Shown: positions 45,608 through 54,254, counted from the stretch's first letter. The stretch is 64,000 bases of DNA from Thermoplasmata archaeon (GCA_027315165.1 DAHUYN010000003.1:95846-159845), one strand, 5' to 3'. Notes: generated from the sequence alone by a model not told the origin. Numbers and translations are program-made.

Positions 45608-46156
45608 ATGTCCGCACTCCGACTCTCGAGGGTCGCGACAGGCCTCGTCGTGGCGCTGCTCTTGGCGACCGGCCTTCTGGCCGCACTCGGCAGCGCCGCC
45701 GCCCGACCTGCCGTGACGTCCGTGACGACCCAGCCGCTCCCGACGGTCTCGCTCACCATCCAGCTCCAGGGAGGGCTCTACGTCTTCTCGCCGCACCAGG
45801 TCGCCGTCGCCAGCCAGACGCCGGTCGCGGTGCGCATCGTGAACTACGACCCGATCCGGGGCGGCGTGCTCGCCCCCTCCTACCTCGCCGTCTCCGGCAC
45901 GATCGGCGGCAGCGAGCTCGTCCTGATGGGGTCGACGGTCGCGATCGTCCACCAGGTCGCCGCGGTCAGCCAGACGTTCACGATGGTGACGCCGGGGCTC
46001 CGGCTCAACGCGCCGATCCCTCCCGCGCTCTCGCCGCTCAGCCCGACGGTCGTCATCTTCACCGTCGTGTTCCCCGCCGCCGGAACGTTCGTCTGGACGA
46101 CGAACGTCCTCGGGCCCGGCCCGCACGGCGTGGCGGGCGTGGTCGTCATCAGCTGA
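45608..46156 (+). CDS. Hypothetical secreted beta-sandwich (cupredoxin-like?) protein
   Basis: It has a signal peptide LVVALLLATGLLAALGSAAA. GGAGGG lies 6 nt upstream of the ATG. No copper-ligand Cys is visible. Confidence 0.55.
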   Translation: MSALRLSRVATGLVVALLLATGLLAALGSAAARPAVTSVTTQPLPTVSLTIQLQGGLYVFSPHQVAVASQTPVAVRIVNYDPIRGGVLAPSYLAVSGTIGGSELVLMGSTVAIVHQVAAVSQTFTMVTPGLRLNAPIPPALSPLSPTVVIFTVVFPAAGTFVWTTNVLGPGPHGVAGVVVIS

Positions 46157-46214
46157 GGGTGCGGCCGACGCGTCGGGTCTTGCTCCCGGGCGGCCGTCGA
46201 GGTCGCCCGGGACC

Positions 46215-47648
46215 CTACGCGTGCCAGCTGGGACCGCCGTAGCCGCTCGGCCTCGAGGGGGGCACCGCGCCTCCGAACGGGTCCGGCCTCGGCGTCGGCG
46301 GGACCCCGTGCTTTTTCGAGAGGTAGGCGTCGATCGCCCCGGCGACCCGCGCGCCCGCCGACATCGCGTAGACGACGGACCTCCCGCCCGCGGCGAAGAC
46401 CCCCTCGACGTCGGTCATCCCGTCCTCGTGGCGACCCTCGGGCCACGGGTGCGGGGCGGTGACGAGGTCGAGCGCGTCCGGCAGTCCGGTGAGGTCGGCC
46501 CGCTCGCCGGCGGCGACGACAACGGTGTCGCACGGGATCACCTCCTCCGTGCCGGGGACCAGGACCGTCGTCGGGCGGCCCCGCGCGTCGGCCGGTCCTT
46601 CGGTCGTGCGGACGACGACGAGCCGCTCGACCTGTCGGGCCCCCTCGATGCGCACGGGGGCGCGCTCGTAGAGGAACTGGATCCCCTCGAGCTCGCCGCC
46701 CTCCCGCTCCTCGGGGCCGGCGGGCATCGACGACGCCGTGCGCCGGTAGACGATCGTGACGCTCCCCCCCTCGGTGAGTCGGCGGCTCGAGCGGGCGGCG
46801 TCGAGCGCCACGTCCCCGCCCCCGACGACGACGACGCGTCGGTTGCGGCGGCCGAACAGCCCTTCGGGACCCTGGTTGGCCGCGAGAAGATACGGCAGCG
46901 CGTAGTAGACCCCGGGAAGCGCCTCCCCCGGAAGACCGAGGACCCGAGGGTCCGAGGCGCCGACGGCGAGAAGGACGGCCTCGTAGCCCTCCGCGAGGAG
47001 CGACTCCGGGCTGCGGTCGGGGCCGGCGCGCGCTCCGGTGACGAAGGTGATGTCAAGGCCGCGGAACCTCGCGAGGTCCCGGTCGAGCTCGGTGCCGTCG
47101 AGGTGGTACCTCGGGATCGTGTCGACCTGTCCGCCGAGGAACGGCTGCGCTTCGAAGACGGTGACGCCGTAGCCGCGGAGGGCGAGGTCCCACGCGGCCG
47201 TGAGCCCCGTGGGGCCGCCGCCGACGACCGCGATCCGACGGTGCTTGGGCGCGCTCGGGACGTAGGCAAGGTCGGCCTGGCCGAGCTCGAGCGCCGCGCG
47301 CTTGAGGTGCCGGATGGCGATCGGCACGCCGCGTCCACCCATCACGCAGTCCTCCTCGCAGTAGTGGTAACAGGTCTTGCAGAGGACCGTGGCGAGCGGG
47401 TTGTCGCGGACGGTGAGGCGGGCCGCGTCGTCGAACCGGCTCTGCGCGAGGAGCGTGATGTAGCCGCGGCAGTCCTGCGTGATCGGGCAGGCCTGCACGC
47501 AGAACGGCATCGCGCACTCGAGGCAGCGCTGCGCTTCGAGGACCGCCTCCTCCTTCGTGTAGGCGTGCAGGATCTCCGAGAACCCCTCGAGCCGCTCCGC
47601 CGGGCTCTCCTCGGGGATCGGCGTCCGCTCGTACCGTCGATTCTCCAT
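46215..47648 (-). CDS. GltD/SudA/NfnB-family NAD(P)H-dependent oxidoreductase (glutamate synthase small-subunit-like)
   Basis: The N-terminal Fe-S Cys cluster is QRCLECAMPFCVQACP. The dinucleotide folds are RIAVVGGGPTGLTAA and VVVVGGGDVALD. Confidence 0.88.
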   Translation of the reverse strand: MENRRYERTPIPEESPAERLEGFSEILHAYTKEEAVLEAQRCLECAMPFCVQACPITQDCRGYITLLAQSRFDDAARLTVRDNPLATVLCKTCYHYCEEDCVMGGRGVPIAIRHLKRAALELGQADLAYVPSAPKHRRIAVVGGGPTGLTAAWDLALRGYGVTVFEAQPFLGGQVDTIPRYHLDGTELDRDLARFRGLDITFVTGARAGPDRSPESLLAEGYEAVLLAVGASDPRVLGLPGEALPGVYYALPYLLAANQGPEGLFGRRNRRVVVVGGGDVALDAARSSRRLTEGGSVTIVYRRTASSMPAGPEEREGGELEGIQFLYERAPVRIEGARQVERLVVVRTTEGPADARGRPTTVLVPGTEEVIPCDTVVVAAGERADLTGLPDALDLVTAPHPWPEGRHEDGMTDVEGVFAAGGRSVVYAMSAGARVAGAIDAYLSKKHGVPPTPRPDPFGGAVPPSRPSGYGGPSWHA

Positions 47649-47716
47649 CGCGCCTCCGGGGTGCCGGACGCGCGGCGAAGCCGGGGACTCGTATAGGTCC
47701 GTCGCGCGCGCGGCGG

Positions 47717-50700
47717 CTACCGGCCGGGTCCGCGCTCGGTCCCCCGCCTCGTCTTAGGACGACGGGCCGGCCCCGAGCGGCGTCGCGGCCCGAGGAGGAG
47801 GGCGACGACGGCCACGATCGCGACGCCGAGCACGGCGAGCGTCGGGCCCGAGCGCGGGGCCGAGGCGCTCGGGAACGTCGTCGCGTTCGGCGACGTCGAC
47901 ACGGGCGGACGCGGTCCGGGGACGGCGGACGCGTTGACCGAGAAGCTCGTCTCGGCCGAGGTCGTCGCGCCGAGCGCGTCGGTGATCGTGACGGAGACGA
48001 CGTACACGCCCGGCGAGCCCGGGGCACAGGAGATGACCGGGCCGTCGACGAGGAGACAGGCGCCCCCGGGCCCGTCGTAGACGAAGTCGAGCGGCGGGGT
48101 CCCACCGACGGTGATGACGGAGAGCTGGAGGGACTCGCCCGGCGCGACGCTCCCCGCCGGTCCGACGAAGGCGACGACTTGGGGGAGCGGGTCGACCGTG
48201 ACCGGCACGAGCGCGGTGGCCGTCGCGCCGAGATCGTCGGCGACCGAGACCCGGACCGTGAAGACGCCGGGCGAACCCGACGGGCAGGCGAGGCCGTAGG
48301 CGCCCGAGGTCGTGCACCCGGCCGGCGCTCCCGAGAACGAGACGGCGTACGGCGGGGTCCCGAGGGCCGGGTAGACCGAGACGCCGAACGGCTGCCCGAC
48401 GTCGAGGAGGGTGGCGCTCGCGACCGCCGACACCTGCGGGTCCGCGTTGACCCGGAGCGGGGCCGACACGCTCTCGGAGTGGCCGAGCGCGTCCGCGACC
48501 GTCCCCGTGATCCGATAGCTCCCCGCGGCCGTCGGCACGCAGGTGAGGTAGAGGGCGCTCGAGGAGGCGGCGCAGCCTGGAGGAAGGCCCGAGAAGCTCA
48601 CCGACATCGGGTCGACGCCGCCGCGCGCGGCGAGCGTGAGCGCAACGGACATCCCGAGGTCGACGACGCCCGGGCTCGCCGAGAGCCCGGCCGCGAACAG
48701 TGCCGGGACGACGTCGAGCGCCCCCGAGGCCGACGCGGCGCTGCGCGTCGCCGGGTCGTAGGCGCCGAGCGAGAGCGGGTAGAGGCCCGCGGTCTGGGGC
48801 ACGCACACCACGCTCGCCCCGGTCGGCGTGCCGCAGCCTGGCGGCAGCGCGGAGAACGCGAACGTCGCGTAGGAGGAGCCGCCCGCGACGGCCGCCGACA
48901 CCGTGACCGCGGTGCCGACCTCCGCGGGCGTCGACGAGGCCCCGACCGGCCCGAGGGCGAGGGCGCTCCCGAGCGTCCAGGCCGCGACACCCGTCGTGAG
49001 CCGCTGGCTCCCGGCGACGGCCTCGAGGGCCCCGCCCTCGGCGACGACGAGCGCGGAGCCGACGGTCGGGAGCGGGCCGTAGGGGGTCGACGGCAGGGAG
49101 AGCTCCGACCAGCCCGAGAGGGTGAGGAGCCAGACGTCGCCGAGCAGATCCCCCGTCGACGCGTTCCGGCCCCCAAGCAGGACGTCCCCGCCGAGCGAGG
49201 AGGAGGCGGCCAGTCCCGCGCCGTCGCGCGCGGGAGGTGCGACGCCGCCATCGACGAGGCTCCAGGTCCCGTTGGCGTAGCTCATCGTGCTCGGCACGTC
49301 GACGGCACTCCCGGTCGGACCGGCGAGGGACCCACCCACGACGACGACCGCGCCGCGTTCCGGGTCGTAGGTCGCGGCGGCGAACGCCCGGGCGCCCGGA
49401 GCGCCGGTGACGCTCGCCGTACGGTTCTCCCAGGCCCCTCGAGAGAACGTCCACGTGTCGTCGAGAGCGCCGGCGGCGCCGAGCCCCCCGACGAGGAGAA
49501 GATAGCCATCGCCGGCATCCCAGACGAGCGAGGCCCCCTCGCGGGCCGGCGGGGCCGGGCCCGAGAGGTTCGTGAGCTCGCTCCAGGTCCCGTTCCGCAG
49601 CGACCAGGTGTCCTGGCGGAGCGTCGGCGTGGGACCGACCGTCCCGCAGGCTCCCGTCGTCGCTCCCCCGAAGAGGATCACCGTCGCGCTCTCGGGGTCG
49701 TAGGCCATCGCCGCTCCGCACCGGGCCGACGGCGCGGCGCCGCCGGTCGTCGCGACGGGGCTCCAGCGGCCGTTGACGAGGCTCCACGTGGCGTTGCTGA
49801 GGCCCCCCGTCGTGCCCAGGACCCCGCCGAAGAGGGCGACCGAGCCGTCCGCGGGGTCCTCGGCGACGGCCGCGCCCTCGCCGACGCACGGGGCGTCGCC
49901 GAACGTCGGGAGCGCGTCGGACCAGCCCCCGCTCGTCGCGGAGTAGGTCGTGCTCGCGCAGGCGGCGGTCCCGCCGGGGTCGAAGAGGAGCGGCACGCCT
50001 CCGGGACCCTCGGCGAGGAGAGGTCCCGTGCCGCCCGCGTCGATCGTGGGCAGCCCGGTGGCCGAGGACGGCTCCCAGCGGCCGTCGGAGAAGCTCCACG
50101 CCACGAGGCTCGAGGGTGTCGAGCCCGCGAGCCCGATCAGGAGCACGCCGGCCGGCTCCGGCGCGCTGACGAGGTCGGGCCCGAACGCTCTCGGGGTCGA
50201 CGCCGGCGCCGTCGCGACGCGGGTCCAGTTCCCGCGAAGATAGGTCCAGGTATCGGTCAGCCCCGTCGTTCCCCAGCCGCCGTAGAGCACCGTGTCGCCG
50301 TCGTGGGCGTCGTACGCGAGCGCGGCCTGGCTCCGGGCGGAGGGTGAGACCCCCGTCGAGAGGCGGCCCCAGCTGTCGTTGACGAAGCGCCATGTGTCGC
50401 TCGCGTCAGAGGACGGCACGCCGCTCGCGCTCGTCGCTCCGCCGAACAGCAGGGCGTAGCCGTCGGCGGTATCGAAGGCGAACGCGGCCCCGAACCGCGG
50501 CGACGGGTGGGACGTCGCGTTGACCTCGACGCGGCTCCACGCCCCCGCCGCGTAGCACCAGGTGTCCGCAAGAAGCGTGGCCGCGCCGCCCGGGCCCGAC
50601 TCGATCCCTCCGAAGAGGAGAACCCCGTGCAGCGTCGGGTCGTCGCTCATCGCCGCGAGCGAGCGCGCCGACGGCGCGGGGCCGGCCCCGGTGCGGTTCG

Positions 50701-51196
50701 TCCAGCTGCCGTTCGCGAACGTCCACGTCTGGTTCGAGGCGGCGCCCGAGACGGAGCCACCGAACAGGACGACGTAGCCGTCGGTGCTGTCGTAGGCGAG
50801 TGCGCCGCCGGCCGTGTCGGGAGGCGTCACGGGGCTCGGGGGGGAGGCGAGCCAGGCCGCGGTGCCGTTCGGCGTCGGCGCCGGACCGACACCCTCGGGG
50901 GCGACGGGGGAACACGCCTCCGTGCCGCCACCCGCGCAGCGCCACGACGTGCCCGAGGCCGGTCCCTTCCCGAGGGCGAGCGAGGTCGCCGCCTGCCCGA
51001 GCAGTGCGGGGGCCTGCAGGTGCGAGGGGGAGGTCGGGGGCGCTCGAGGCTCTGCGGCCACGATCGGGCCGGCCGGTCCGATCGCGCCCGGAAGAAGAAG
51101 GAGCGCCAGAAGGCCCGAGGTGACGAGGGTCGCGGCACCGGCGCCGACCTGTCGCCTTGAGACCGTACGGTGGCTGCCCCGGGCCCGCCGCCCCAT
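47717..51196 (-). CDS. Surface protein: signal peptide, about 12 Kelch-type blades (two propellers), four Cys-containing Ig-like GLPxGC repeats, C-terminal TM anchor
   Basis: LFGG...DTW.F.NGSW blades are repeated about 12 times. Repeats include FSGLPPGCAASSSALYLTCVPTAAGSYRITGTVAD. The TM segment is followed by PRRRSG. Confidence 0.85.
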   Translation of the reverse strand: MGRRARGSHRTVSRRQVGAGAATLVTSGLLALLLLPGAIGPAGPIVAAEPRAPPTSPSHLQAPALLGQAATSLALGKGPASGTSWRCAGGGTEACSPVAPEGVGPAPTPNGTAAWLASPPSPVTPPDTAGGALAYDSTDGYVVLFGGSVSGAASNQTWTFANGSWTNRTGAGPAPSARSLAAMSDDPTLHGVLLFGGIESGPGGAATLLADTWCYAAGAWSRVEVNATSHPSPRFGAAFAFDTADGYALLFGGATSASGVPSSDASDTWRFVNDSWGRLSTGVSPSARSQAALAYDAHDGDTVLYGGWGTTGLTDTWTYLRGNWTRVATAPASTPRAFGPDLVSAPEPAGVLLIGLAGSTPSSLVAWSFSDGRWEPSSATGLPTIDAGGTGPLLAEGPGGVPLLFDPGGTAACASTTYSATSGGWSDALPTFGDAPCVGEGAAVAEDPADGSVALFGGVLGTTGGLSNATWSLVNGRWSPVATTGGAAPSARCGAAMAYDPESATVILFGGATTGACGTVGPTPTLRQDTWSLRNGTWSELTNLSGPAPPAREGASLVWDAGDGYLLLVGGLGAAGALDDTWTFSRGAWENRTASVTGAPGARAFAAATYDPERGAVVVVGGSLAGPTGSAVDVPSTMSYANGTWSLVDGGVAPPARDGAGLAASSSLGGDVLLGGRNASTGDLLGDVWLLTLSGWSELSLPSTPYGPLPTVGSALVVAEGGALEAVAGSQRLTTGVAAWTLGSALALGPVGASSTPAEVGTAVTVSAAVAGGSSYATFAFSALPPGCGTPTGASVVCVPQTAGLYPLSLGAYDPATRSAASASGALDVVPALFAAGLSASPGVVDLGMSVALTLAARGGVDPMSVSFSGLPPGCAASSSALYLTCVPTAAGSYRITGTVADALGHSESVSAPLRVNADPQVSAVASATLLDVGQPFGVSVYPALGTPPYAVSFSGAPAGCTTSGAYGLACPSGSPGVFTVRVSVADDLGATATALVPVTVDPLPQVVAFVGPAGSVAPGESLQLSVITVGGTPPLDFVYDGPGGACLLVDGPVISCAPGSPGVYVVSVTITDALGATTSAETSFSVNASAVPGPRPPVSTSPNATTFPSASAPRSGPTLAVLGVAIVAVVALLLGPRRRSGPARRPKTRRGTERGPGR

Positions 51197-51259
51197 CGTG
51201 TCGTCGAGGGGATGGCGGCTCCCACCATATACCTCCCGGTCCCCGGGAGGGAGGGCCGG

Positions 51260-51562
51260 TCAGGCTCGTTCGGCGGTCGCGCGCGCCTCGCGCTCGAGGG
51301 TCTTCTTCAGCTCCCGGAGGTTCTCGCGGAGGTAGACGAGGTCCGAGTGGAACATCGCCACGCCTCGGGGGAGCCGCGCCTGCTCCCGAGCGAACCGATC
51401 GGAGTCCAGGACCTCCTCGAGGTTCCGTACGTGCCGCAGGAGAGGCTGGACCCGAAGGCGGTTCCAGTCCGTGGCCGTCTCGAGCTGGGCGAAGGCCCGC
51501 TCGAGCTCCTCGAGGTCGGCCTGGAAGGAAGGTAGCGAGCGCAGATAGACCCGGTCCACCAT
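51260..51562 (-). CDS. Hypothetical helical protein (100 aa)
   Basis: MVDRVYLRSLPSFQADLEELERAF... shows high third-position GC. This is the tail of track ORF 51260..51952. Confidence 0.5.
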   Translation of the reverse strand: MVDRVYLRSLPSFQADLEELERAFAQLETATDWNRLRVQPLLRHVRNLEEVLDSDRFAREQARLPRGVAMFHSDLVYLRENLRELKKTLEREARATAERA

Positions 51563-51681
51563 CGAGCGGCGCCCCGTCGTCGAGACGACGTGCCCTCCCT
51601 TAAGGGGTTCCCGCGCGGGCGAGGCTCGGGCCGCGGGCACGCCACGCGTGGGGCTCACGCGACCCCGAGCGCCCGAGCCGG

Positions 51682-51698
51682 AGTGGACGGGTCGGAAT
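51682..51698. repeat. Imperfect copy (15/17) of the tRNA-Ala 3' acceptor/T-stem region, candidate distal att remnant
   Basis: AGTGGACGGGTCGGAAT here versus AGTGGACTGGTCGGGAT at 54158-54174. Confidence 0.25.
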
Positions 51699-51773
51699 CC
51701 GCTTCGCTCGTAGCGGACCCGGTATGACGGTAGCCGCCGATTCGCTCCTGGGGGTGGCCGGAGTGCCCCCAGA

Positions 51774-51956
51774 CTACCGCTTGAGCTGCTCGACCAGACC
51801 GAGGCTCGAGGCTGGTCCGTTCGGCAGCTCGCGGACCTCGTCCGGGTGTGGCTCCATGAGCGGCCGCACGATCCCCTGCCACCATCGCTCCACCAGCTGG
51901 AGGAGGTCCTCGTCCGATGAGCGCCTCCGATCGCGCTCCCCCCGGATCCCACGCAC
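51774..51956 (-). CDS. Hypothetical small protein (60 aa)
   Basis: DEDLLQLVERWWQGIVRPLMEPHPDEVRELPNGPASSLGLVEQLKR has very high third-position GC and a GTG start. Confidence 0.4.
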   Translation of the reverse strand: MRGIRGERDRRRSSDEDLLQLVERWWQGIVRPLMEPHPDEVRELPNGPASSLGLVEQLKR

Positions 51957-51991
51957 GAGGTAGCTCGGACGCCCCGTCAGGCCGGCGGCGG

Positions 51992-52228
51992 TCCGAGAAG
52001 ACGTACAACCGTCTGGTCCAGGCTGTGGCCAGAGCGGCGGGAATCCGGGGGAGATGCACCCCGCGGACGCTTCGCCACACCTTCCTCTCTCAGCTCGCCC
52101 GTCGCGTCAGGGATCCCGAGGTGGTGGTGCGCCTCGGGAACGTGTCGCCGAAGGAGGCGATCCGGTACTGCCGAGGGGCGGCGAGGGATCGGGACGCGGA
52201 GGTCGTCGCCTTGATGGAGGGTGCGTGA
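51992..52228 (+). pseudogene. Tyrosine recombinase (XerC/D/phage integrase family) C-terminal remnant
   Basis: AGIRGRCTPRTLRHTFLSQL (HxLRH box II) and LGNVSPKEAIRYCRG (catalytic Tyr region). No N-terminal or core-binding part is present in any frame upstream. Confidence 0.6.
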
Positions 52229-52473
52229 GCCGCCTCGTCCGTCGCCTCCTGCTCGGTTGGCTCGGTGTCGAGCTCGGCGCGGGTATCATGGCCTTGGCCC
52301 TCCGCGTGGCCGTCGGGCCCCTTGTCGTGGTGCTGCTGGCCCGGCCGGAGTTCCCCGGGCCTGCCGCCGCAGTTGTGCTGGCGGTCCCGGTACCGACGGC
52401 TGGTCTGCTCGCGACGGCAGCGCTGAGGCTGAGCCGGGAGCTCCTTGCGAGTGGGCCCCATCGGACGGGGTGA
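52225..52473 (+). CDS. Possible small membrane protein (82 aa)
   Basis: The GTG overlaps the integrase-remnant stop (GTGA). Two hydrophobic segments are present. The support is weak. Confidence 0.3.
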   Translation: MSRLVRRLLLGWLGVELGAGIMALALRVAVGPLVVVLLARPEFPGPAAAVVLAVPVPTAGLLATAALRLSRELLASGPHRTG

Positions 52474-52672
52474 GGCCAGGACGCGCCGCGTCGCGGAGCC
52501 GGCTCGTTTCGGCGCTCCGGCTCGATGGTGTTCGGCGAACGAACAAGACGGCGAGCCCTGTGGGGACGTGCTCAATCGGCCGTTCCATGCCCGCGCTGGG
52601 TGTCGGGCAGAGCACGGACCGTCTCCTCGCCCGCAGGGCAGGATGGCGGCGAATCGGGACCGTGCAGCCGCC

Positions 52673-53065
52673 TTACGTGTCGGGTAAGCCCTCCGGATCC
52701 TCGGGAGAGGGCTCAGGACTGCCGTCCCCCGCGTCGGCCCCGCCGGAGGACGGCATCGAGCGAGCTGGGGGCCTTCCACGCCGGAAGACCGCCGCTCCGG
52801 CACCCACACCGACCAGGAGACCGAGGGCCCCGACGCCGACGAGCTCGGGTAGAGTGTAACTCCCTCCGTTGGCGCCGGTCGACGGTGCCGTCGCATTGCG
52901 GGTGGCATTGACGACGTCCAGGCTGATCCGGACCACCCGCGAGCCTCCGACCGAGTCGTTCACGGTGAGGGCCACGACACGGGTCCCGGTCGTCGCGAAA
53001 GACTGCGTCGCAGTCGAGGAGCGATTGGAGAGGCCGTCTCCGAAGTTCCACCAGTAGGAGATCGG
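52673..53065 (-). pseudogene. Truncated surface-protein cassette: one PKD domain plus C-terminal TM anchor, no N terminus
   Basis: The frame opens right after a TGA (53066-53068) with PISYWWNFGDGLSNRSSTATQSFATTGTRVVALTVNDSVGG. It continues with sequons and the TM segment LVGVGALGLLVGVGAGAAVF followed by RRGR. There is no signal peptide or plausible start. Confidence 0.55.
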
Positions 53066-53152
53066 TCACGCGGCGGTTCGCGGGGGAACTGAACCTTGGG
53101 CTCCATGCCTTCCCCGGGTCCCTCGGCCCATGAGAGGGCTCCCCGCCGTCCC

Positions 53153-53428
53153 TCAGCGGCCCACGCGGCGCCCGCTGGGGGAACGCTGCCCCCGAAGCGA
53201 GACGAGGACGGCGAGGAGAGGGATCGTGATCCCGACCACCAGCAGCGCGACACCGCCGGCCTCGTCGGTGCCGCAGATCCCCGAGAGCGGGCTCGTCCCG
53301 GCGGACCCCGAGGGGAGGACCGCGAGGGCCGCCTGGCAGGTGAGGCCGTTGACGATCAGCCACGCCCCCGCGACGGCGAACAGGCCGCCTACGATGAAGG
53401 CCCAGAGCGGGGCCCCTCCGCGCCTCAC
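53153..53428 (-). CDS. Hypothetical two-TM membrane protein (91 aa)
   Basis: LWAFIVGGLFAVAGAWLIV and VALLVVGITIPLLAVLV. The GTG start overlaps the upstream stop (GTGA). Third-position GC is very high. Confidence 0.6.
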   Translation of the reverse strand: MRRGGAPLWAFIVGGLFAVAGAWLIVNGLTCQAALAVLPSGSAGTSPLSGICGTDEAGGVALLVVGITIPLLAVLVSLRGQRSPSGRRVGR

Positions 53429-53756
53429 CGTCCCCGCCTCGGGTTGCGGGCCATGTGCGGCCGCACCCGTTCCCGCGTGCCGTCGACATCCCGCTCGAAC
53501 CCGCGCACCCGGTGTCGGTCGGCGCGCGCACGGCGCGGCTCGTCCTCGACCGTGTGGGCCCGCTCCGCCACGAGGAGCCTATCCTCCGCGGTGTCCCTTG
53601 CGCCTTCGAGCGTGTCCGACCACCCTCCCGCGAGCACGCTGTCGCGGTGCTGGACGTTCCAGGCATAGGAGTTCCCACGCGGACGACATGTGCCGCGGTG
53701 CCGTTGCCTCCCTCGTTGCGCCACACCCCGGTCTCCCGGTCCTCCCTCCACGCCAT
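53425..53756 (-). pseudogene. Small basic protein, paralogue of 53756..53965, interrupted by a 1-nt frameshift at a G-run near 53672
   Basis: The ATG overlaps the upstream stop (TGATG), giving MAWREDRETGVWRNEGGNGTAAHVVRVG. The coding signal then continues in the track frame as NSYAWNVQHRD...HRVRGFERDVDGTRERVRPHMARNPRRGR. Confidence 0.5.
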
Positions 53757-53965
53757 CAGCGTCTCCTCGGGTTCTTGGCGAGGTGCGGCCGGACGCGGAC
53801 CCGCTTCCCGTCCATCTCGGCCTCGTGGCCCCGGACGCGGTGCGTCGTGCCCTGCTCGCGTCGTCGGTCCTCGTCCTCGCGGGTCTCCTTCTCCCAGCGC
53901 AGGGCCCACTCCTCGTCCTCGTGGGCCACCCGATGCAGGTGCTCGTTGTCTTTGCGGCTCGCCAC
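53756..53965 (-). CDS. Small basic protein with C-terminal HRVRGxE...DGxRxRVRPHxAxNPRR motif
   Basis: This is a 69-aa protein with a GTG start and high third-position GC. Its C-terminal 27 aa are 17/27 identical to the next gene. Confidence 0.55.
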   Translation of the reverse strand: MASRKDNEHLHRVAHEDEEWALRWEKETREDEDRRREQGTTHRVRGHEAEMDGKRVRVRPHLAKNPRRR

Positions 53966-54159
53966 GTTCGCGAGGAAGTTCAGCCGGCGGACCGCGGCCG
54001 CTTTCGCTCCGAAGGGACCCCTCGCCTTGCCCCCTCGGAGAAGGTGATGGACGAGTCGCTCCCCCCGGCGGTGACCGTGGCCCGACGCCGGCGGGAGCCC
54101 GAGGCTCGTCCTGACGGCGGGGTGGGTTCAAGTCACTCCGGGCGGGTGACGTGGAAAAG

Positions 54160-54232
54160 TGGACTGGTCGGGATTTGAACCCGAGGCCTCCGGTTTGCAA
54201 AACCGGCGATCTTCCAGCTGATCTACCAGCCC
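54160..54232 (-). tRNA. tRNA-Ala(UGC)
   Basis: The minus strand reads GGGCTGG-TA-GATCAGCTGGAAGATC-G-CCGGT-TTTGCAA-ACCGG-AGGCC-TCGGG-TTCAAAT-CCCGA-CCAGTCC-A. The G3:U70 identity pair is present and CCA is not encoded. Confidence 0.9.
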
Positions 54233-54254
54233 TCGGGGTGCGATGCGAGGCCGC

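Larger units (their letters stand above)
51682..54174. mobile_element. Putative degraded integrated element abutting the 3' end of tRNA-Ala
   Basis: It contains an integrase C-terminal remnant, a truncated PKD-anchor cassette and a coupled small-gene operon. An imperfect 17-nt repeat (15/17) of the tRNA 3' end lies at 51682-51698. Confidence 0.35.

Noticed and set aside
52713-54200. A 495-aa minus-strand ORF and the 5' 200 nt of plus ORF 54151..55353, both crossing tRNA-Ala.
   Set aside because: Both run through a canonical tRNA-Ala gene and have junk-like composition. The region is better explained by small coupled genes, and the LLM gene starts at 54352.
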